Below are positions 25,691 to 37,489 of a stretch of DNA of 64,000 bases, one piece after another (within the stretch, counting starts at the first letter, position 1; each line of letters begins with the position of its first letter). The position numbers and the translations under genes were made by a program. The notes beneath the pieces are model-generated. The model was not told the DNA's origin, ran no database searches, and was given only the letters and a program-made list of their open reading frames with translations. The stretch lies in NCBI GenBank assembly GCA_004022145.1, contig RCNU01000008.1. One strand, given 5' to 3'. This stretch comes from Paecilomyces variotii. Lineage: Eukaryota.

Positions 25691-28612
25691 CTTGAAGACA
25701 CCGCCAGATGTGTGATTGTCTGGATCAAGTCTCGACATGAGGTCTGAAGGGGGAGCAATATATACTCCCTTTCTGGACCTACTGAGGAGACTTAGAAATC
25801 CTTCGAAGTGAGGGACAATATCCACTCGTCGACCTCCGTGGAGGTTTAGGCGCGGAGGTGAGTGGCTTCTGTATCCTACCGCGGGAGGAACCATCGGATA
25901 CCGTTATCACCGTGGGCCAGCCCCGTAGTGAATACTCCCGTATACTTGTGTTATTACCCTTAGCGTTGTCATCATGTGGAGATTTTAACATCGTAGTCTC
26001 CGATTCAAACCTAAGAATTCCTCTAACACTGCTTAGTGCTATGACTTTCAGGGTCTTGATTCGGAGATCATGAATCTCACCGTCATAAGAGGAGGGGCTG
26101 GGCAGAAATTGACGATAAGATAGAGATCTGCTATACTATAGCAGATGTCTTATGACCTATGTACCCCCACCCCGTCATTCTCGGATAAGAAATATCTATC
26201 CTATTATGATGAATTACATTGGAGTGGAGCGTCTCAACCGAGTCAACTCGAGCGGTGAACAATACTTCACCATATGCAAACCATCCATAATAGCAACCCA
26301 TCATACAGCAGCGTGGCTTGTGTAGTTGCAAAGACATTTGGAGCAGTAATGAACGTACTGGAGAAACGGACGGCATTTCTTGCCGCGAACTACCGTTATG
26401 ACAGGTCCCTAGCAGTATACAAAGAAGCTGGAGGTGTTGCATATATCAAACTATCAGTATCCATAAGCTTTCTGTTTGTCCTCGTGGACGTGATGGTTAC
26501 TAGAGGAATTCGCCAATCATACTTGGACCTGTGCTGCCCTGTCGACAGGGGCAATACACCTGATCAAATTTTCAGTGGCTGCGCTTGTAGTAAAAAATAA
26601 CGGCGGCTACATTGAGGGCCAGTAGTTCCTCTAGTGCTGTGATCAAAGTGGTGGTGCATGGTCGTCCTCCGCACGAGTTGATCTGCAATTCTTCAGCCAA
26701 GATGTAGATCCTAGGTGCCCAATGATACTTGGGGTCCAAGCTCAGCATGCAGCACTAGGAATAGCAAACCATGCAGACGTCAGGATTCGGCAGTTTGTAC
26801 CTGCTTGTTGACGTGACGCCATGAAACATTTCGATTCGACTGTATGAAAAATATCGCGGCAAAGGCTGCAGGGTACTCCCCTCCATGTACTTGACCAGGT
26901 TCATGGATCCTCAGAGAGACAAGTGTAGAAGTTACCTCTCGATACTTCCCACGACTAGGCAACTTGCTAGTTCGCTTTAACAGAGTAATAGCTGCCATCT
27001 ATCCAGGGACAGAGGATCCTTGCGTGGGTATGCTCTCCGATTCCAGTGGCCCTTCACGGCATCTTCCTTGACAGTGTGCTGCAACAGAAGCCGAACTGGG
27101 CTGGACATGTAGCGAAAGAGCTCCGCTGCATAAACATTTGCTTTCGGGAGCCTACATCTCTGGTCTGAAAGCAGCCCTGTTTGTTAACTCGAGCTTGCAC
27201 CATGCTTCGTATACCAAATTGTGCATCTATCCGAATGTACCAAATGTGCGGCACCCCTGGCCGAGAGCTCGAAGTCCCTGCGGCGGTTCGTATGGTCGAT
27301 ATCCGATGACCCTGGACAAGTGGAAGCTTGGACACCGTTTACGCTAGGGTTCTAAAAGTCCCTACAGAAAACTAGGGACTACCCGCCGTGGGGATACTTA
27401 GAGGCGGGAATACCAGTTTGCCTGAACTTTGAAGACCCCGGTGTTCGATTTTCCCTCGGGTATTATGTGGGACTGCCGTTCTATCCCACATCCTTTAAAT
27501 TAAGAATTATGGAGACCAGCGGTTTCTTAATTCTCCGCACTGGAGATTTTGACGTACGAGCCATTGTCGCAGCTAGGGAAGTTTGAACAGTGGGGAAGAT
27601 CGCCTGGAGTTGACGTTAGTCTATCAGTGAGCGACAAGGGCTTCAGGACCCTGACAAGGAAAATGACACTCTACTCCGTATGATGTGCTGGATCTGGCCT
27701 GACGTGCAGGAAGGGTCCCCCAAAGATCTATATATCTAATTCTACTTACCAGGGTATGTCGGGAAGCTGTCTCCGGATGTTCTTCCAAGGGTTTTGAGCT
27801 CCCTGGTCGCACAAGATAGAAGCCGGAGAAGTGCATAAAAATAGGCTTTGGATGACTAGTAAACTCATGAAGGAAATGACTGATTCCACCGGCCACGGGC
27901 ACGGCCCGGAGCGCCCTCAGATTAATCACATCTGAACTGCTCTAGAGTTTTGGCGTGAGGTGAGAAATTAGTCCAGTCATCAGAGGCGACGACCGTCCGT
28001 GTGTTTCCTGTGGCAAGCGATGATCGGCTACCATCTTTTCGACGCACCTTGACAGGATCAGTAACATCGAATCCTCCAGCAGACAATGTGAAGAAACTCA
28101 TCTTACAGCTAATACTCGACGCTACTTTAGACATATGTCAGCGCGGGCGGCATTCGCGGCCACCAGTTCGATTGAGAATGCCAAAAGGAGAGGCTCGCAT
28201 GATCAGTTACTAGCGCTGAGCTGGCCTAGTTTGTTGCCGGTCGCCTCTCTTAAGCACTTCTCGCGCTCTTTGTCCACGAATGAACAATTTTCTCTCTCCA
28301 TAGGCTATCACGCTATGCTCTCTAGCTCCTTCTAAAACTCGGATGGTGCCGGCCTTGGAGATCCAAACAAAACACAAAACCCGACAATGCCTAGCAGCGT
28401 CGTCGGCTGTTGCCCTACAGAATGATACTGCGCATGATAGTTCTAATCTCCGAAACAGATAAAAGGTGATATAGTATCCTATTACTAGAGGAAAATACTC
28501 TCGTGGAGACCTCCTTGGGCATCACCTGAGTCATTTAACCAGCTCCTGGACAAATAGAATTATTGCAATCAGGATTAAAAGCACACTGGCTAAATGTCTG
28601 CCCAAGCTCATG

Positions 28613-30439
28613 CTACCAGACAAGGATTTCATTCCTTTTCGGTGTGGTGGAGGCTTTCGTATCAAAGGATAGCTTGTCTTTGCAATCAAGTTCTTTGCAT
28701 ACTGCACGTGGTCAACAAGGGAAAATAACAGATAATGGGAGAGACAAAAAAAGGACAGATATGCTCACAGAGGTCTGCTTGTAGAGATTTTGAGCTCCTT
28801 GTAGATCGCCTCAGTGTTGGGAATACTTCATGACCCAACGTTTTCTCCAGCTTGAGATGTGTCTTAAGGTGGAGGAGGATAGCATATTGCGATTCTGTCA
28901 TAGATGGTGGCCTGTTAGTACAGTATGGTATGTACAGTATGTCTATATCGCTCATTGGGAGATGGAGCTTGCTACAGGGATAATTACCTCGGCCAGTCTC
29001 GTTTGCAACGTCGATATTATCGTCACTATTGGCGCGATACCATCGAAGTAGTGTCAGTCACTAGCCTATAAGAATTAGTGGGTTACAGGCGGCTCATGGT
29101 GACCGGACATGTATCGGTGCACTTACCATATTCACGTTTCAGAAAGCTCACGAGGGGCTCATGAGGGGCTCATGAGGGGCTACTCGACGGGAGCTCAAAG
29201 AAAAGTACTTACTTTGATCTTCGAATTTCCGCTATTTCCGCAAGATAACCTTTCTCTATTTCCGTCACCCTATCTCGGAGCACTCTAGACAATTCTTTTG
29301 ATACTGTGGCGGCAGAGCTAGGTTGCTGGTTACGTCCGTACAAGTCGCAACGGATAAGGGTCTTGCGCTCCGAGTAGGGCAGAAAGCAGAGAGAATACAA
29401 CAACCCTGAACCCTGTATAGAGTACAATGACGCTGATGGGAAGATTCCTAGTTTTGCCGTATTTCCTGCCGGAGATGTCCTAATGAATAGACTAGTGAGG
29501 CCTGACAGTTTGGAGCGGGGGCTGCATCCTTGAAGATTTCCCAGATCGAAGCTACCAGGTTTCACTATACGACATATGAGCCTTTTCGCGCCTCACAATA
29601 ACGAACTGCCATCCGATCTTACCTGCCATCTTCCAGTTAAAAGCCCCTTCCAGCGTCCAGCCTGTCACCCAAGTCGAGTCTACTGTCAAACCATGGGAAG
29701 CCGCAAAATCATTCGACTGACTCGAATCGACCTCTGGCACTGAGGGACTCGCGTCCAGGTTGATAAAAATCAGTCCATAGTTGCTGGTGTGTGCATGAAT
29801 CTCGAATAGACCGTTCTGGGACTTATCGAATCCTGGCACGTCCTCGAAATGCGGGGCTTTGATGAGGTCACCCCGCGTGTTGTAGCTCCAGCCATGGTAT
29901 CGACAGCCAAGAACAGTTGACGAGCCGCATTCCTTTTTCGTGATTGTGTATGCTCTATGGCGGCACACGTTGTGAAAGGCTCTCACTATGCCATCTTTAC
30001 CTAGAATGAGAAAGACTGGGAAGCCGGCAATGTCTAATGAGTGATAATCTCCAGGCTTGGTGAAACGGCTGCGATGGGAGACATAGAGCCATGTCTTGAG
30101 CGAGAGAAGTGAGCACGGGCTGTTATTCGCCTTGAACTATAGCAACCCTGCACTGACCTTGCTGAAAATAGCACGCCTCTCTAATTCGAAGACGTCTTTG
30201 CCATTCCACCAGTTATCTGGAAACTCCGACTCCTTGGAAACGACTGACTGACATGCTTCTGCCGAGGACCGTGGCGATGCTGAGGTGGATATCCTCGAAG
30301 ATGGTCTCTTTGCCTGTTTTCCAGCCTTATCATTCGATGATATGGCAACTTTTCTATAAAATAAATAGGAACCGGCCAATAAGCCCACCAGTATATACGT
30401 CGACGCCAGCGATGAAGGCAAGCTCAGAATCTCGTACAT
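28613..30439 (-). CDS. Rieske [2Fe-2S] oxygenase alpha-subunit homologue: intact Rieske domain, degenerate catalytic domain, N-terminal membrane anchor
   Basis: Hydrophobic N-terminus; FELERRAIFSK|TW; HNVCRHR and CRYHGWSY ligand motifs; NWKMA is not followed by E/DxxH..H. Predicted 3' exons end HLKTHLKLEK..LCKELDC..ILVW* (TAG 28613-28615). Confidence 0.88.
29152..29181. repeat. 11-bp tandem repeat (GAGGGGCTCAT, about 2.7 copies), intronic
   Basis: gaggggctcat gaggggctcat gaggggct inside predicted intron 29026-29212. Confidence 0.85.
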
Positions 30440-31080
30440 CGTATAGGCGATCTATGAAGAAGTGAGACAAAGCGTAATGATTTTTTCTTTTTTTCCTTTC
30501 TGGACCAATCCACAAATCCGAATTAGCAGCAACTTCTCAATGGCAATACTCTGAGTGTGTCCTTATACCTTTTTCATTTCGGTCCGACCGCTGCCAATTT
30601 CTCTCTGCAGAATCATCCCGACCGAGACACGGACGCGCCTAGAAGTAGCACCGTGAGAGCTTAACACAGAAGAACCGCTATCCAAACCAAAAGTTGAGAG
30701 ATCTATTCGACAGTACAGGTTTCCAAATTGGGTGCGATGATCCAGGAACATCTAAATGGCTGCTGTTCCCGCTCTTAGCGCAGGTGTCTGCGTGATCTCC
30801 AACCTGTTATGTTATCTGTATGGGAAGTGCCGTGTGAGAACTTGTTTCATTGGATAACCTGATGGATAGAATGGACACTCCAAGAGATAGCGTTGATGAT
30901 CCAATGCGATGGCTTTCAATATGAACTGGCGCAAAATAGATGAATTATCACTACCAGCAGGAATACGTGGCTAGCTGCTACTTAAGTACGACACGGACCT
31001 CCCGTTCCATTTTACTGTGGTTTTTGTAACTTGAGATTTTCTCGACTGATGACAGACCACATAGTCATCTAACTAGTTAA

Positions 31081-32282
31081 CTATGCAACGCTCGAAACAA
31101 CCCCAGGAGCAAGTTCCCTTTCTGGCTCAGGTCCGTGCTCGGTCTCGACCAGCTTAAGCTTCTCTGATTCGTATTGCTCGCAGACCAAATCGAAAACTCG
31201 TTCTTGATAAACTGCATGGTTTGTATAGTCAGATGAGCAAGCACGCAATGGGTCATAATCTTCAGGATGCTCACAGGCAACACCGGACTCTTTTTCCGGA
31301 TTCAGAATCCCTTCATTATAGACGCCTTTCTGGAGATTCTCCTGTGCTTTCTCGCACAACTCGAAATCCTCCATGGCGACCTGACGGACGAATTTGTAAT
31401 ATTCTTCAAATCGGTCTCCCGATTCCAAATGGTAGTAGTCGAACTCCATCCGGGTCACGTTCGGGTCTGCTGTTGGGCAGACGCGGAACGAAGACATGCC
31501 TCCGCCGTAGACGTTCAATGTGCAATTGGGGAAGAAATAAAGGAACAAACCATCATCAGGCTTCTTAGGATCCGCCACATGTTGTGAGAAATTCTTGTGA
31601 TTGTATACCGTATAGAACGTTGGTGGATAATATACGGAGAACGATGGATGAGTATACTGGCAATGTAGACATTCCTGGTATCCGTCAACCCTGTATTATT
31701 AGTTGGTATGAATTCGCTTTGCCACAATATAGTGCACAAACATCGTTTTCCAGTTGAAGTTTCCCTCGTACTTAATGCTGCGTCGGTACGGGCGTTTTGT
31801 GAAGTCTACCCTCTCCAGCAGCGGCTCCAAATCGGGATAGAACTCATGAAAACTAGGCGCATCGTTGGATAGAGTAGCGAAGACGAGTCCGGTAGGAGTC
31901 ACATGGTTCCGCAGTTCAGTTCCCTTAATGGCATGTTAACAATCGTCGTTCTGCATGATAATTCTGTCAAAATGGAAACTTCGTACATCCTTAACAACGG
32001 TGACCTTGATATCACCTGGTCCAGGAAAAGCGCCATTCGAACTTGTTCTGAAGGCGCAAATATGCTGTTGAGCTATTTCATATTCAACTTTCTCCCCGAT
32101 ATTGAGGAAACGAGTGACGGGACCAAGAAGGTACCAGGACTATCGCAAAACGTCAGTACTTATCACCTGGGATATGATTATTCTGTCGAATATACCTTCA
32201 TAAACACACCCCGTCTCTCTAGTTGATAAAGGGGCAAGCTCCGATACCACGAGGCCGGTAGGGTCCTTGTTAGTTCCGACAT
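31081..32282 (-). CDS. Choline/carnitine-monooxygenase-like alpha subunit: intact catalytic domain, no Rieske cluster ligands
   Basis: Five exons (introns 32140-32195, 31924-31986, 31691-31741, 31212-31274): MSELTRTLPASWYRSLPLYQLERRGVFMK|SWYLLGPVTRF...VVKD|GTELRNHVTPTGLVF...NWKTM|VDGYQECLHCQYTHP...QVAMEDFELCEKAQ. No CxH or CxxH pair in the Rieske region. Confidence 0.88.
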
Positions 32283-33606
32283 CTTCAGCAGTACTTCTAT
32301 TTCTATGACAATCAGATAGTACCTGTTGGAAGAAAGGTCCACCTTTTGAATATCTGCCGTATTCTCATATTCTACGTGTCTACATAATTATATTGAACGA
32401 ATTCCCTTGCTGTCCTGCCTGTCCGTTTTATTGGCTAGGTATAAGCTTTCCTGAAATGGTTATCTGATCCCGATGCAGATGTGATGCAGGCCATCAGCGA
32501 GTCGGCACGCCCGACATCCTTCATAGTACAGTAGTAGGTACGGGGATAGTTAACTTGGGATTTATCACGCAGATGACTAAACATGTCTCGCGGATTGGTT
32601 TATTATGTTATTCCAACGCAAATAAGAACGGATATCGACGTGCTGAGTATTTATTGGCCCACAGTAACAAGTCTGCCACGACCTGAAAGTACAATATGCT
32701 GGAGATCCACGTGGGAACACTCAGTGGTGCATCGAATAGTCGATCTGTAAGTCCTCTTACAAATTCTTCATCTGCGATAAGTGCCCGCATAGCAAGTAAA
32801 GCGTTTCTAATCAGATTGTTCGAGATATTCCCCGGCAATAGTTCTTTATCTCAAACTGCTAATACTCTGCACTCATCATTTTGAAAGTTCTCCGGTAACC
32901 TAAATTTTGTTCTGAAATGCATAATCTTTCGAAGATCCGTAATGTGCTGATAGTGACGCAAGGCACATAGACCTGATATTGAGAACAGACAGGAGTGCGA
33001 CCTGTTTGTTAGCATGATTATGACGAACAGCGCCTCATGTGATACTCTAAGGTATGCTATCATACCCTCATTAAAATGGTCTCTATCTTCTCAGAAGCAG
33101 TGGTCAGAGAACTCAGGAAATACCTCGAACTGGATAAATCACTACCTTCTGGTCTAAGCAATATTCGTGCGCTACTGTTGCTTTTGCTGTTGCCTGGTCT
33201 TGGCCCTTGTTGAATCGCACAGCCACAGAAGCTTCAGGCGGGATGAAGAGGAACAAAGAGATGACTTCTCACTTGGAGCAAGAATATATCCAGTTGCGAT
33301 ATTCACGAACAAGAAAGTCGTCAAGTTTTCTGAATACAGAGTGCTCCAAACCGTATCTTCCTCGTCTTATTGAGGGTGTTTGCGTGCGGAGTAGACTCAG
33401 AAAACCGAGTTGGTTAGACAAGCCCCACGATTACATACGTCGTGACGTCCCTCTCCGCGGATCAATCATTCATCGGATCCCGTGAAGCGGCCAGGCGACC
33501 TTCGGTATTCAGCGGCTCATACTTCTCAATCAACACGACTTCATCTCTCAGGAGGCCTTTTTCCTACAGAAGCAGGAGATGAACATCTGTTACTAAGAAG
33601 AACACC

Positions 33607-36344
33607 ATGGCCGGGTCTAGCACCAAATTTACCCCGCCGCCTTCGCCGCCCTCTCCGACCGCTTCCTTTTACGATGTGAGCGACGAAGAGGAAGACGAAT
33701 ACAATACCATTGCGCATGCCAAATCGGGTAGGGGAGTTAAACTTCTCTTTTCCAAGAGCAAGGTATGACCCTTGCCAATGTCCCAATCCCATTCTTATTA
33801 TAAAATGACTATATACTAACGTGTGAATTCTCGACGTGACAGGTCTATGTCCATCCTTCGCCCTCATCAAAGGATAACATCCCCGGATTCATTGCCCTTA
33901 TTCAACAGAAGTCGGTTGCAGACCGTGGTCATACACAGTCCACATCATCGGGATCCTCCAAACATGACGATCCAGCGTCCTATCTACTTGCCTGGGTACC
34001 CGAGTCATCCCTAGGCGATGCTTATAGCACCTATGTTAAGGTCGACCTATCCGAGAGTTCATCCCCTCCTCGACAGACATACCTCGTGCCGCCGCTTCCA
34101 ACGACAAGGTCACATAATGATACGGTCGGCCTCTATGCGTTTGCGGTGCCCCTTTCTGACGTATACTCATTACTCGTGCGGCCCCCAAGCATCGGGTGGT
34201 GGTATGGAAGTCTTGTGATCAATACGAAAGTTGGCGATAGCTTCCCGGCTCTGTTCTTTCATGACAGTGAGTGCGAATCGACGATCCTCCAGAAGAAACG
34301 AAGAACCAAAGAAAGCTTTGATCCGTTTGGCGAGGATGGAAGCATGTTTTGGGGCGGTGATGAGGTACTGAGATGGTTGAGGCGATATGTTGAGGTACAG
34401 CGTTCAGCAGCTGATCCTAGCGTCTATCTCATAAATCCCTCCGAAGAAGACAAACTTTCATTTGGCCGACCCTTAACTGCCGGTGGACCACAGAAGGCTC
34501 AGGATAAAGGCCAGGCTGCTGCTGCTGCGTCGTCCCGTTCAGCCGCCCCGGCAGAACATGATGCCGGAATGGATCCTTTGACTAAGGCATTGAAAGAAAC
34601 GAGGTGGAAAGTTCTCGAGCACTTGAGTCGGATAACTACCTTTACGAGGCGGACTGCAAATGAGATTGCAGAAAACCCACGGATACCTCTACAGGTTCGG
34701 AGGTTAATGAAGAACCCGGAAATCCAAACTCTGCAAGATGAGTTCGAAAGCGCAAGAATATACCTGGCCCGCTGGGCCATGGGCATTGCAGAGCAGAGCG
34801 AGCGGGAAAGGAACCAGCGCATATGGACTGCGCAGGATGTTCTCGAAAGAGAGGATAGTTCCCTTGGAGAGTTTGAGATTTTAGATTTGGAGACCGGTAC
34901 CATGAGTATCCACGAACGCCGGAAGACCGTCACAATGGAAGAGTGGAATGGGTGGTTTGATTCCGCTGGAATACTTCAGGTGACAGTAGATGAAGTGAAA
35001 GAGCGAATATTCCATGGCGGGCTGGATCCAAACGACGGCGTCCGGAAGGAGGCATGGCTGTTCCTTCTTGGCGTATACTCGTGGGACAGCAGCGAAGACG
35101 AGCGGAGAGCGATAATGAATTCGAAACGGGACGATTTCGTACGTCTGAAGGGTGCTTGGTGGGAGAGGATGGTCGAAGGATCAACATCAGCAGAAGACCA
35201 TGAATGGTGGAAAGAGCAAAAGGGCCGTATAGGTATGATTCCCCCCTCAATACCTTACTATTGTATTCCGTGGCTGACTGAGCATTGTTTTTGCTTGAAA
35301 CAGAGAAAGATGTGCATCGGACGGATCGCACCATCCCGCTCTTCGCAGGCGAAGATATTCCCCATCCAGACCCCGACTCTCCGTTCGCGGATACTGGTAC
35401 CAATGTGCATCTCGAACAGATGAAGGACATGCTTTTGACATATAATGAATATAACCCTGACCTCGGCTACGTGCAAGGAATGAGTGATCTATTGGCCCCA
35501 ATCTACGCGGTCATGCAAGACGATGCTGTTGCGTTTTGGGGTTTTGTTGGCTTTATGGACAGAATGGTAAGCAAAACCACAGTTTTAACTGCCGGTATGG
35601 CATCCACTCACCTCTCATAGGAGCGCAACTTTCTACGTGATCAGTCGGGAATGCGGGCTCAACTTCTGACTCTAGATCATCTTGTTCAACTGATGGATCC
35701 TCAGCTCTATCTTCATCTTCAGTCAGCTGATAGCACGAATTTCTTCTTTTTCTTCCGCATGCTGCTGGTCTGGTATAAGCGGGAGTTCGAGTGGTCGGAT
35801 GTACTACGTCTATGGGAGACGTTATGGACAGATTATCTGTCAAGCCAGTTCCATCTCTTTGTCGCTCTAGCGATCCTGGAGAAGCATAGAGATGTTATAA
35901 TGACCCACCTAAAGCACTTCGATGAGGTTCTCAAGTACAGTAAGTCACTATCTCGATAAACTATTTTCCATTGGCGATCTTTAGCTGACTTGGGCGTTAG
36001 TCAATGAGCTCTCAAATACGATCGATCTCATTAATATCCTCACACGAGCGGAATCACTCTTCCGTCGCTTCGAAAGAATGGTGCAAGCGATAGACAAGAA
36101 AAATAACTTCCCTGCTCCTTCGGTTCGCCAACGGAAGCCAGATTCTAGCACCTCTGCTGATAATAAAGGAAAGTCACCGCAACGTGCAGTCACAACTGGA
36201 GCCAGCACCAGTAGTGTCATTGCGCGGGCCAACGGAGCCGAACAAGAGCAGGTTATCTCTCCCGAGTTGCGGCAACTCCTGAGCAGGGATGTCATCACCG
36301 TTGATAAAAAAGACTCCCAGAAGCACAGTAATAATCGCAGTTGA
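33607..36344 (+). CDS. gyp7: Rab GTPase-activating protein (TBC domain), Gyp7
   Basis: N-terminal VKLLFSKSK|VYVHP..DNIPG; TBC motifs (I)EKDVHRTDR, YVQGMSDL and FFFRMLLVWYKREF; multi-exon, ending at TGA 36344. Confidence 0.92.
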
Positions 36345-37489
36345 TCATCCCCTTACATGTTATGACTAACGCAGGACTACACGACACTGGTTTATGGGAA
36401 CCTCATGTTGAAACTTGTGATGGCGTTTGTGGCTTTATCCAGCAGATCGGAGGCGGCGTTCCTTGGTTCATTTTGTATTCTTGTTATAACTTAATAACTT
36501 TCCCTGTTATTATATTTCCAGATACCGTAGATACCTTATCTTGGGTGGTATTCTTGTAGATGATTAGTCAATCAATATAGCTAGCTAAGCTACTGTATAA
36601 CCTCGAGAGGGAAGATCAAGGTATGATTCAGGATACACTACGAAGATTGAGGACTGCTTTGAGCAAACCCTGTCCAAATGCCTGCATCTGTTGGGTGAGA
36701 TTTCTATTGATTTTTATTTCTTCTGTTCAGACTTTCAATATTTATCTTGTCTATTCGTTTCAAGTCTAACGTTGCGGCAGTACGCCGGATGTAACGTTCA
36801 TGTTCGAGGCATATTACATCTCTACAAGGTCATTCAAGATAGCTATATATGGAAAATTGTTTGCTATGTTAACTTTTTTTTTCACGAAATATCGAAATCT
36901 TATCTGACAAGACAAAGCTATCTAATCCAGGGGGTATTTATGCACACAACCTAATTCAGCTCCGGAACCACGAATCTTCAAAATAGAAGAGGAAAATAAT
37001 GATAAGAAAAATTGATAAGAAAGAAAATAAGGAAGAAAGTAATTATGTTCTCTCAAGACCGTGTACGCATGTAAGCAAGGTGTTGAAGAAGTAAAAAGTA
37101 AAAGATCGACAAGTGAATGGACGCAGAAAGGCACTGATTGCTGATATCCCGGTATCATCTTTCAATATGTTCGAACGCCTTGTATGCAAAATGAAAGGTA
37201 TGTTTTTTCTGAAGGAATGTGCGAGCCACCGCAAGAATTCAGACGAAAGGTGCGAGCGAGGTATATGAAACAAAATAGGCTAAGACTAGCCTTCTCGTTT
37301 CACGCCTTGCCTTCCAAAATGGTGCTAATGAAGCAATCCCAAGACAATGCAATGAATGTAGATGACTGCGCACCGCTCATTCTAGATGCTAGACATCAAG
37401 GCAACATATTTTCAACGCCGAGAAAGGAGTGATAATATCATCACGAAAGAGATAAGAAGCGTATGCATCGGTAATTGGTCTGCGTTTTC

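Noticed and set aside
26100-28400. Short ORFs between the acyl-CoA oxidase and Rieske gene A, checked for a reductase partner
   Set aside because: No FAD/NAD-binding, ferredoxin or cytochrome b5 motifs were recognised in the frames examined.
31699-31902. Initial reading of Rieske gene B as a 5'-truncated pseudogene
   Set aside because: Two upstream exons with GT..AG splice sites and an ATG at 32282 give a complete uninterrupted frame.
32608-33063. Short minus-strand ORFs upstream of Rieske gene B, checked for a missing Rieske exon
   Set aside because: No CxH/CxxH ligand motifs and no splice path into gene B.
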